DNA from: an uncultured virus (IMG/VR IMGVR_UViG_3300020530_000425)
Taxonomy: Duplodnaviria; Heunggongvirae; Uroviricota; Caudoviricetes
IMG/VR virus record: IMGVR_UViG_3300020530_000425
Length of the DNA: 20,000 nt
Strand: one strand, 5' to 3'
The notes under the pieces: generated by a model
The model's input: only the letters and a program-made list of their open reading frames with translations
Database searches by the model: none
What the model was told of the DNA's origin: nothing
Part shown: positions 8,675 to 16,916 of the stretch, one piece after another
How the letters are laid out: each line of letters begins with the position of its first letter
How positions within the stretch are numbered: the first letter of the stretch is position 1
Position numbers and translations under genes: made by a program

Positions 8675-8706
8675 TAAATATAATAAAAAAATATGAATTT
8701 TACAAA
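8675..8706 (-). promoter_or_regulatory. Bacteroidota-type promoter
   Basis: Minus strand: TTTG-N20-TATATTTA. Confidence 0.6.
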
Positions 8707-8716
8707 TTACAGTTTC

Positions 8717-9367
8717 TTATAATATCTTTTTACCATTTTCTTTAAACAATCCTGCGTACACATAATTTGCAAATTGTTTATGTCCCAAAAAACTTAAATG
8801 ATAATCTTCCATTTTACCTTTGGTAGCATCTTTTATATTTTGTGCTCTCGAATCTTCCCAAATAGTTTGGGTATAAAATTCAAAATATTTATAACATTTT
8901 ATTATAGATTTTAAAAAATCATATCTTTGTTCATGACGTTGACGATATACATCATGCCCACTAAAATAATATGAAAAATTAACAATGGTTTCATATTCTT
9001 CTTTACTTTTAACTGTGGTTTTATATCCTGTTTCGGATTTGACTACGTTTCCGCATATAGTATAAAATTCACCTGGAGTTTCAGATGGTATATCAAATCG
9101 ATTTGAAAAAGTTTTATTAACAATTACAATATCGTTTTCCGAAATTAAATGATAATTACTTATTATCTTATCAAATATATAATCATTAGATGCTCCACAT
9201 TTACCCAAATTATTTAATTTATATCCCAATTTATTGGCCAATATAACAGGCCAAATTAAATCATCATCATTTTTTTTATATTGTTTATAATAGTCATCCC
9301 CCTCATAGTTTAGGACACATCCGTGTCCAAACGTCATTGAATCGCCAAAAGTCCAAAGTGTTGCCAT
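8717..9367 (-). CDS. SGNH/GDSL-fold hydrolase or acyltransferase
   Basis: FGDSMTFG (block I), GKCGASN (block II), DYHLSFLGH (block V-like Asp/His). Confidence 0.85.
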   Translation of the reverse strand: MATLWTFGDSMTFGHGCVLNYEGDDYYKQYKKNDDDLIWPVILANKLGYKLNNLGKCGASNDYIFDKIISNYHLISENDIVIVNKTFSNRFDIPSETPGEFYTICGNVVKSETGYKTTVKSKEEYETIVNFSYYFSGHDVYRQRHEQRYDFLKSIIKCYKYFEFYTQTIWEDSRAQNIKDATKGKMEDYHLSFLGHKQFANYVYAGLFKENGKKIL

Positions 9368-9369
9368 TT

Positions 9370-10419
9370 TTAAATTAAAGTTTTTTCAGTTTCGTATAAA
9401 TGATGAAAATTATGTAATACATTTGGAATATTTTTAACTTTATCCAATTCTAACAAAAACAAATTATGTTCTGGATGTTCTGGATTTGCTACATTTTTAA
9501 TTTTAAATTCAGCTTCACTGAATGTACCCCAATCCGAAATTACATTAGTTCTGATATCCCATTTTACTTTACTTTCTCTGTTATCCATATATGATTTAAT
9601 CATTTTATAAAAATCATACATTTCTTTATAATTAGTATCTTGCACCACAAATGAAAAAATATATTCTTTAATTGTTGGTATTTTTGTTATAAAACTTAAA
9701 TTTTCATGTAACACATTCCAATTACCACCAATTCTAGTTTTAGTTTCGTATGTTTCTTTTGTAGCTGCATCTATTGAAATTTCACAAGTATTAACATAAC
9801 AATGTATTCCACTCATCTTCTCCCACATTTCGGGAGTCCATAGTGACCCATTTGTATGTAAGTGAATTGATTTTAATTTTTTAAATTTGGTTGAATCCAA
9901 TGTAATAAGAAACTGTCTAAATGATTTTGAGAAAAATGGGTCAGCCGAACCACTCAATACTAATCTTTCAACAAACGGTGATATTTCGTTATTGATTTCA
10001 GTTAGTTTTTTTTCTACAGTTAATCGTGCATTACCTTTATAATTTATCAATTCAACTCTACAGGATGGACATTGAAAATTACAACTTCTATCAAATGTAA
10101 AATTAATTACTTTAGGTTTTTTGGTTTTATGTAAAGTATCAACATTTTCACGTGTATTAGGTATAAATTTAAGAGGTACTCTATTACTTTTTAAACTTGC
10201 TAAATACGGACATAAAGTTTCATTACAATATTTGTAACTACCATCGGTTACACTATCTCTTATTTTTTCAGAAATTTCAGAATTAAAGCTAGATACTATA
10301 CCACTACCATCATTTATATCAACTGGTAGCCAAGATGGACAGCACAAAAATTGTTTATTATCCTCCACTTCTGTAAAGTAGAATGGAGCGGTACATATAT
10401 ATTTTGATTTATCAATCAT
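9370..10419 (-). CDS. Radical SAM enzyme with an N-terminal SPASM/Twitch-like Cys cluster
   Basis: CNFQCPSC (CxxxCxxC), SGSADPF, HTNGSL, ISIDAA; N-terminal CTAPF...CCPSW...CNETLC. Confidence 0.9.
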   Translation of the reverse strand: MIDKSKYICTAPFYFTEVEDNKQFLCCPSWLPVDINDGSGIVSSFNSEISEKIRDSVTDGSYKYCNETLCPYLASLKSNRVPLKFIPNTRENVDTLHKTKKPKVINFTFDRSCNFQCPSCRVELINYKGNARLTVEKKLTEINNEISPFVERLVLSGSADPFFSKSFRQFLITLDSTKFKKLKSIHLHTNGSLWTPEMWEKMSGIHCYVNTCEISIDAATKETYETKTRIGGNWNVLHENLSFITKIPTIKEYIFSFVVQDTNYKEMYDFYKMIKSYMDNRESKVKWDIRTNVISDWGTFSEAEFKIKNVANPEHPEHNLFLLELDKVKNIPNVLHNFHHLYETEKTLI

Positions 10420-10436
10420 CCTTTAATACTATTATA

Positions 10437-10919
10437 TTAAAATATTTTCTTTTTTATATTTTTTTTATCTATAAACACAATCAATGACCATCGTTCACCA
10501 TAAGTTACTTCTTTAACTTCATGCAATCCACTTCCATAAAAACTATATATAGAACCACATATCTTTGGTAAAATTTTCATCGGATTGTAACATATAAGTT
10601 CTCCACCTCCGTAATCTTCATTCAAGCAAACTCCTATATTATATTCACTTCTTTTATCTATATGCGGTTGAAATTTATTTCCTGTTTGAACATTTTGTAA
10701 GTGAATTAAATTAATTGGTTCTACTAATTTTATACTTGTATGTTGTTCAATGTATTCCATTAATCTTACAAAAATCCATTCCGTTAAATCGGTTCGTTCT
10801 ACATGCCAAGCAAAGTATTTTGTTTCATCACTTTCCCACCATTCATCAGATGTATGTTTTTTAAATACACTTTGAAGTGAAATTATTTTTTTACATTCTT
10901 CTTTTGTAAAATTTATCAT
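10437..10919 (-). CDS. 2OG-Fe(II) oxygenase, prolyl-4-hydroxylase-like
   Basis: HID (HxD), LNEDYGGGEL, HEVKEVTYGERWSL. Confidence 0.9.
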   Translation of the reverse strand: MINFTKEECKKIISLQSVFKKHTSDEWWESDETKYFAWHVERTDLTEWIFVRLMEYIEQHTSIKLVEPINLIHLQNVQTGNKFQPHIDKRSEYNIGVCLNEDYGGGELICYNPMKILPKICGSIYSFYGSGLHEVKEVTYGERWSLIVFIDKKNIKKKIF

Positions 10920-10925
10920 ATAATT

Positions 10926-11498
10926 TTATAATAAAGTTTTATTACTAGATATAGTACTACCATATTTAGCATTATTAGATATAGTAGTTCTCAATATAGA
11001 TATATGTGTAAGTTTTAAATGAGATGGAAACAATAGTTGAAATTTTATTATATCAAAAATTTCTGAAAATTTTATTTTATTAGATGTAACTATTTTGTTA
11101 TGTTCTAACGTAGTAGGATATAAATTCACAACTCTTAATTTCATATTGTGATGTTTATTTATTAGATTAATGGAAGATTTTTGTAAATTTAATTTACTTT
11201 CTCTATACTCATCAATACTACCATTATTAAGAATAGCCGATGTTAGTATATTAAAAATAGTTTTTTCTTTATATTTCCATTCTTCAAAAAGTTCTTCAAA
11301 TAATTTTTGTTGATAAATTGGATGATATGTATTATTTATAAAAACATCACATTCATTAGCATCTTGTATTATTTTTTCGTAATTTTCTAATGAATAATTA
11401 TTGGTTCTTGAAAATCCAATAACTTCGTTTTCTTTTTTGAGTAGGGTATAAAGTTCTTTACCTAAATTTTGAGTATGACCTGTTATTGCTACTTTCAT
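10926..11498 (-). CDS. Short-chain dehydrogenase/reductase-like Rossmann protein
   Basis: KVAITGHTQNLG, FINN, catalytic S...YRESK (YxxxK). Confidence 0.8.
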   Translation of the reverse strand: MKVAITGHTQNLGKELYTLLKKENEVIGFSRTNNYSLENYEKIIQDANECDVFINNTYHPIYQQKLFEELFEEWKYKEKTIFNILTSAILNNGSIDEYRESKLNLQKSSINLINKHHNMKLRVVNLYPTTLEHNKIVTSNKIKFSEIFDIIKFQLLFPSHLKLTHISILRTTISNNAKYGSTISSNKTLL

Positions 11499-11546
11499 TG
11501 AATTAATTTTTTTGTTTCCTTTAGAATATATACGGCATTGTTTTAC

Positions 11547-12491
11547 TTAAATTAAACTATTATTTTTTAATAAAACACTTTTCTTTTCAGTTTTCTGAAT
11601 CCACTCATAGTATTTTTTAGATGCAGTATTTTCTTTTAGTTTTAAATTTAAGTTATATGGGAGTGATTTTTTATAGTTTGATTTATTAAAATAATTGATA
11701 TTAGAATTGGTTACTCCTGCATTATGCATTATGTTATATCTATTATAAAAATCCTCACTTGATGTTGCAAAAACAAACATTAAATCGGGATGACATTGTG
11801 TTTTATATCCACCCTTCCAAATGTTCCATAGTACAGACCACATATCTGCTGCCCATATTTGTAATTCATGATAAGATGGATTTTCTTGTTTTTTCTTGTT
11901 ATTTAATTGGGTTATTTTTTTATATAAATTTTCACAATCACGCTCCACATTTTCCCAAAAAGTATCATCTATATTTTTTAAAATATACTGTGCCCCGATT
12001 GAATTATTATTATTATCGATAACAAGTTGTGGATTTATATCTACTATTTTAACCATTTTATCAAAAACATCTTTGCCTTTAGAAATTATATAGTCATACG
12101 AAATATACCAATGTGTATTAGAACCATAAAATATATCATCGTTTTCAAACTGATTCCAATTTATTGGAACTCTAAATATAATATCACAATCGTGATAAAA
12201 TATGGTTTCATTTTTTAAATTAGGATGTAATTTAAAATGTTGTTTAAGAATATTAGGTCTTATTGAAGAAATATAATGTTTTGTTATACGAGTATCCTCA
12301 TAGAAAAAAAATCTAGCATTATACCCATTTGATAATTTTTTCCATACTTCTGGTATTTTATTATTTTTTTTTGTGCAAACTATATCAACACATTGAAGGT
12401 CCACCCCCATTTCCATAAAATTATTAAGCATGACTTCTATTTGCCATGCAAAGTATAATTCGGATGGTTGTGCACAAATAAATCTAATCAT
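11547..12491 (-). CDS. GT-A glycosyltransferase resembling HPAT/SERGT protein O-glycosyltransferases
   Basis: YFAWQ near the N-terminus, YHDCDIIF (DxD), GAQY, WAADMW, late IMH. Confidence 0.7.
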   Translation of the reverse strand: MIRFICAQPSELYFAWQIEVMLNNFMEMGVDLQCVDIVCTKKNNKIPEVWKKLSNGYNARFFFYEDTRITKHYISSIRPNILKQHFKLHPNLKNETIFYHDCDIIFRVPINWNQFENDDIFYGSNTHWYISYDYIISKGKDVFDKMVKIVDINPQLVIDNNNNSIGAQYILKNIDDTFWENVERDCENLYKKITQLNNKKKQENPSYHELQIWAADMWSVLWNIWKGGYKTQCHPDLMFVFATSSEDFYNRYNIMHNAGVTNSNINYFNKSNYKKSLPYNLNLKLKENTASKKYYEWIQKTEKKSVLLKNNSLI

Positions 12492-12505
12492 AATTTTTTT
12501 ATAAA

Positions 12506-13102
12506 TTATAATAATTTACTTTTAGCAGAAGAAAAATCGGATTCATATAAAAATATAGTTAAACTAAATCTAATACCCTCTTCTAATAGTTTTACTTCAT
12601 GTATATCCGAACTTAAAAATAAAGAATATGACCCTTGTTCTTTGGATTGAGGAACATCCTTAACATATAAATATCCACCAACATAATCTTTAGGGTCTGA
12701 TAATTGGATTACTAAAGTTTTATATGTACAACCAAATTCATCTATGCTTCTAAAATCACGATGAGGCGCAAAAAAATCACCTTCAATATATTTTGTTATT
12801 TTAACCTGATTATTTAAAATAGATTTTATACCGATTTTTGATAATCTACTTAAAATAAAATTTATTAATTCTTTGTTAAACAAATCTAAAAATTTTAATT
12901 TTGCATTTTTTGGTTTGATGGTAATTATTCTACCGTTTTCCGTTTGTAATTGTACAGTAGTTGCACCATTTATTACGGTAGTAGTATCTTTACGGTAATT
13001 GCCATTGGTTGTTCGATATACTACACCATCTATTGAATTAAAATCATCCCAAAAAGATTTTATATATTCACAATCTTCTTTTGAAAATAAAACATTATCC
13101 AT
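12506..13102 (-). CDS. 2OG-Fe(II) oxygenase
   Basis: KYIEGDFFAPHRD, QLSDPKDYVGGYL, HEVKLLEEGIRFSL. Confidence 0.9.
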   Translation of the reverse strand: MDNVLFSKEDCEYIKSFWDDFNSIDGVVYRTTNGNYRKDTTTVINGATTVQLQTENGRIITIKPKNAKLKFLDLFNKELINFILSRLSKIGIKSILNNQVKITKYIEGDFFAPHRDFRSIDEFGCTYKTLVIQLSDPKDYVGGYLYVKDVPQSKEQGSYSLFLSSDIHEVKLLEEGIRFSLTIFLYESDFSSAKSKLL

Positions 13103-13117
13103 AAATAACTTAATGTA

Positions 13118-13255
13118 TTATAGATGTTTTTGTTTAAATAAATTTACAAAGGTAGTAATTATATTCATTGCTTTTAATTTATCATCAGATGATGCTAATG
13201 ATATTTGTGTATTTGCTACTTCTTGAACCGGTATTTTTTTATATATTGTTGCCAT
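13118..13255 (-). CDS. Small 45-aa protein (not in the ORF track)
   Basis: Manual translation MATIYKKIPVQEVANTQISLASSDDKLKAMNIITTFVNLFKQKHL*; A-rich leader (aaaataaaATG); fills the gap between the 735-aa gene and the oxygenase. Confidence 0.75.
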   Translation of the reverse strand: MATIYKKIPVQEVANTQISLASSDDKLKAMNIITTFVNLFKQKHL

Positions 13256-13277
13256 TTTATTTTTGTTTATTAATAAG

Positions 13278-15485
13278 TTATTGAAAAACTGCTTGTCTTT
13301 TAAGAGTATTATTTAGTAATTCATTATCCCCTAAACCAGAAACCACAAAATCCTCCACTATAAAGTTATGCTCACTTTCAAATAAAAGATTACCATCTAT
13401 TTCTAAATTATAAAAATTATCCACATATTGAATACCTAATTCAACACCTGGTGCTTCAAAAATTGGTTTCCATTCTCCATTATCATAGAATGGATGTAAT
13501 CTATCGGAAATCATTCCTTTATATTTTACAACCTCAACAACATCATTTGTAGGGTGTATTAATTTATCAGTTACAACACCTCTTACATATTTACCGTCTT
13601 TGTAACTTAAAATACAATCTCCTATTTCTATATCAATAATATTTTTAAAACTACCATCTTCCATTTCAACTTTGGTTTCAGCAGTGAAACACGATGTTGT
13701 TGTTGTAACTTTATTATGAACTAAAATGTTTTCTGCAAAATAAGTATGATTATCTTTAACATCAATTAAGTGATATACTTTGAATTCACCTTTTAAAGAT
13801 TCAATTGATTTAACTTTTACAAGAATACCATCTTTATTAAATAACAAATTACCTACTTTAATATCTTGTGCGTGAGACCATCCGTGTTCCTCAACATAAA
13901 ATTTATGTAAAGGTGTACTTTTAACTTCATCACCATTTTCAGTTACAATATAAATAAGTTCATTTTGAGTAGAAACACGAATACTTGTAGCCGTACCTGC
14001 TCCATATTTTCCTTGTTCATTATTGTAAGTAAGTAAAACATCAGTAGTAGTTAAATCTTCAATGTTTTTATATGTACCATCATTTAACAATATACGAGTT
14101 CCTGCTGGGAAACAGTTGTGGGTTACAATCTTAATATTGATATCATTATCATATAATGCAAATGTATCAGTTTCTTCCAAATCTAAAATGTAAGTTGAAA
14201 GTCCTTCTTCGTTTAAAACTTCAAAATCATTATCAGTAATATCAATAAGATTACCATCTAATTTGAATACCTTATGTTCTCCTGGTATAATTCCTGCAAC
14301 TTCTTCGTATCTAATTAAATCAGAAACACTATCATAAATAAGAATATGTTGACCACCATTTGCTCTAAACGAACCACTACCATAGTATAAATGAGATACT
14401 AGATTATTTGGAAGTGATTGTTCTATTTTATTTATTAAAACCGAAGATGTAACATAAGAACCACTTGGTAAAGTTTGTCCAGGATAACTCCAACTTGTAA
14501 ATACCATAACACTATCGGTATCAGGTGTTCCTTCTATACAAAAAGATTTATAAGAACCGCCAATTTCAACATCAGATATTTGTACAGGATTTCCATCCGA
14601 ATCACTAATTAATTCTTCTTCAAAAATACCACCCCATGAATTATCAGTAATAAATTTAGGAAAGTTTGTTGTAAATTCATAATAATGTTTAGATGAAAGG
14701 TTAGATTCATCAATAAAAGATAAAGATTCTGGTTTTTCAAAAACTGCAGTAGGTTCAATTGTTACCAAATTTATTACATCTAATTCAGAACCATATATTA
14801 TGTTAAATGTACGAATTGATTTATGTCTAATGTCATCGGTATCTTCATAATTCATTAAAATATTAGATTCAATATATGATTGAGATATAAATGAATCAAA
14901 CGAATTTTCTAAACTTACACCATCTTGTGTTTGTATTTTATAAAAAGATAATGGATATCTAGCATAAGTTTCATCTTTTATAACAATATCCGGTATATTT
15001 TCGGAATTAACAACTCTTTGTAATCCATCATAAAAAAATTCCGATGATGAAATATACATAGAAGGTATTGAACCAGTTTCGGATGCATCTATAAATAATT
15101 TATGTAATTCAAATGATGATTTACAATATTCACTATCAAATACAGCAGATTCATCATACGCTAATCTTAATATAAATTTATTATCAGAATCTTCAACATT
15201 TGTTGGATAAACAGTTGATATATCTTCTTCGTATATAACAAATGAGGTAATGTTAGGTTGTGATTGAATACTTTGAGATAAAAAAGTTAAAAACCCACTT
15301 TGGAATGGTTTGTGAATTACCTCCAATGAATCGATATTATTATCAGATAATATTGAAAAGAATTCAGTAAAATCAAGTTGAGATACTGAACTACTCCAGA
15401 ATCCAGTATCGGTATTTAATTCCAATAATCTCAAATTACCAGTTGAGTCTTTTACAAAATCTGCGGAAAATAGTGTTCCTTTCAT
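13278..15485 (-). CDS. Circularly permuted ATP-grasp-like domain fused to three tandem Hint (intein-like) domains
   Basis: N-terminal ADFVKDSTGNLRLLELNTDT resembles the glutathionylspermidine-synthetase D..D...LLExNxDT motif. Hint1 G286-N457 (GIFEEELISDSDG...IVTHN), Hint2 C458-N591 (CFPAGT...TPLH...ILVHN), linker KVTTTTS, Hint3 C599-~G717 (CFTAET...RLHPF...FVVSG). Confidence 0.85.
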   Translation of the reverse strand: MKGTLFSADFVKDSTGNLRLLELNTDTGFWSSSVSQLDFTEFFSILSDNNIDSLEVIHKPFQSGFLTFLSQSIQSQPNITSFVIYEEDISTVYPTNVEDSDNKFILRLAYDESAVFDSEYCKSSFELHKLFIDASETGSIPSMYISSSEFFYDGLQRVVNSENIPDIVIKDETYARYPLSFYKIQTQDGVSLENSFDSFISQSYIESNILMNYEDTDDIRHKSIRTFNIIYGSELDVINLVTIEPTAVFEKPESLSFIDESNLSSKHYYEFTTNFPKFITDNSWGGIFEEELISDSDGNPVQISDVEIGGSYKSFCIEGTPDTDSVMVFTSWSYPGQTLPSGSYVTSSVLINKIEQSLPNNLVSHLYYGSGSFRANGGQHILIYDSVSDLIRYEEVAGIIPGEHKVFKLDGNLIDITDNDFEVLNEEGLSTYILDLEETDTFALYDNDINIKIVTHNCFPAGTRILLNDGTYKNIEDLTTTDVLLTYNNEQGKYGAGTATSIRVSTQNELIYIVTENGDEVKSTPLHKFYVEEHGWSHAQDIKVGNLLFNKDGILVKVKSIESLKGEFKVYHLIDVKDNHTYFAENILVHNKVTTTTSCFTAETKVEMEDGSFKNIIDIEIGDCILSYKDGKYVRGVVTDKLIHPTNDVVEVVKYKGMISDRLHPFYDNGEWKPIFEAPGVELGIQYVDNFYNLEIDGNLLFESEHNFIVEDFVVSGLGDNELLNNTLKRQAVFQ

Positions 15486-15548
15486 AGTGTTGTGTTTATT
15501 CGTTTATTCCTGTATAAATATGAGTATTACAAATAAATGATTATTATT

Positions 15549-16148
15549 CTATATTAAGTTTTGTTTTGGTTTAATATCAATTGTATTTCGTAATCTATTT
15601 CTATTATCTAATAGAGAATACGATTTTACTTTTTTAATTTCTAGATAGTTAGTTAATTTATCAATATCTACATTACTTTGATATAGATTTTCACAATATA
15701 TATTTTCGTATGATATTAATAATTCAATTTGTGGTATATTAGATATTAACTCTTTGTTTTTTTGTAATCTAGATTCCTCCTTTTTGATTTCTTCTTCATT
15801 TTCTGTTATCCATTCATTAGTTATTTCATAACAATCTCTCCAAATGTTAGAAGCCAATGCCCAGCAGTGTGATATCGCACACTCTCGTGTATCATTTCGT
15901 ATCAAACCAATAATTTTATCCCAATTACTCCAATCGAACGTATCTAATTCATTTTCTATTTCACTAATCAAATATTTTACTACCGTATTGTTTTTGTTTT
16001 TAGCCAATAATCGTATTTTATAAATACTCAATATATCCCCATTATCCATTGTTGGTTCATGAATAGTTTCATACCTTTTTTCTGAACCAATCCAATTAAG
16101 TAAAGAGTATCCACCACTTCTACCCATCGCTATTATTAATATTCTCAT
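15549..16148 (-). CDS. Sulfotransferase-like (Stf0-like) P-loop protein
   Basis: IIAMGRSGGYSL (5'-PSB-like loop), HEP, LIRNDTRECAIS (3'-PB-like R...S), ISYE. Confidence 0.65.
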   Translation of the reverse strand: MRILIIAMGRSGGYSLLNWIGSEKRYETIHEPTMDNGDILSIYKIRLLAKNKNNTVVKYLISEIENELDTFDWSNWDKIIGLIRNDTRECAISHCWALASNIWRDCYEITNEWITENEEEIKKEESRLQKNKELISNIPQIELLISYENIYCENLYQSNVDIDKLTNYLEIKKVKSYSLLDNRNRLRNTIDIKPKQNLI

Positions 16149-16888
16149 TATTTACCATTCTTAATTGAGCCAGATATATTTGATGCAATCGCATAAAACG
16201 CATCGTATGCTTCTAATAGGGAATCAACTACTGGATGTCTATGGTTGGTAAGTAGGGTATGTGAATCCATATCCTTAATCTTCTTTGCAGCAGATACTAA
16301 AAACTTAAATCCACTTTCTCCTTTTGATTTTAAATCTACTTGTTGTGTATCACCACACACCACCATTTTACTTCTCAATCCCAAACGAGATGTAATCATT
16401 TCCATTTGTTCGTTAGTACAATTTTGAGCCTCATCTACAATAATAAATGAATCCAAAAATGTTCTACCTCGCATAAATGCAAGGGGTACAATTTCTACTG
16501 TCCCATCTTTTAAAATCTCATCTATTTTTTGTTTGTTGTAAAGTTGATAAAAGTTTGCATAAACTGGCTGCATCCAAGGTTCCATCTTTTCGCGAAGGTC
16601 ACCTGGTAGGAATCCAATTTCTTCTTTGGATACGGTAGGTCTTGTGATGATGATTTGTTTAACTTCTTTCTTAAATAACATATCCAATGCAACCTGACAC
16701 GCTAGGAGTGTTTTACCACTACCTGCTTTACCACTCAATATGGTAATTGCATTTGATAAAATCTTTTCTTTGGCTTGTTTTTGTTCTTCATTTAACTGAA
16801 GTTGAAATTTAATAGAACCTTTTGGTCGTTTTTGGTCTGCTATTTGTTCTGTCAATTCTCTATGTTTTGTTGATATATTTGATGCCAT
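16148..16888 (-). CDS. phoH: PhoH-like ATPase
   Basis: GKAGSGKT, ITRP, IGFLPGDLREKM, PLAFMRGRTF, DEAQN, GDTQQVDL, HRHP. Confidence 0.95.
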   Translation of the reverse strand: MASNISTKHRELTEQIADQKRPKGSIKFQLQLNEEQKQAKEKILSNAITILSGKAGSGKTLLACQVALDMLFKKEVKQIIITRPTVSKEEIGFLPGDLREKMEPWMQPVYANFYQLYNKQKIDEILKDGTVEIVPLAFMRGRTFLDSFIIVDEAQNCTNEQMEMITSRLGLRSKMVVCGDTQQVDLKSKGESGFKFLVSAAKKIKDMDSHTLLTNHRHPVVDSLLEAYDAFYAIASNISGSIKNGK

Positions 16889-16916
16889 AAATTTTTTGTC
16901 TAACTAATGAAACTTA

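Noticed and set aside
11759..13226. Plus-strand ORFs 11759-12022, 11896-12093, 12027-12218, 12468-12650, 12999-13226
   Set aside because: Antisense to the glycosyltransferase, the oxygenase and the 45-aa ORF.
13713..14114. Hint2 as an ordinary selfish mini-intein
   Set aside because: The +1 residue is Lys rather than Cys/Ser/Thr, there is no endonuclease, and it is flanked by other Hint domains rather than inserted in a conserved enzyme motif.
15513..15520. T4 late promoter TATAAATA
   Set aside because: It reads on the plus strand, opposite to the flanking genes; only its reverse complement is kept, as a weak candidate motif.
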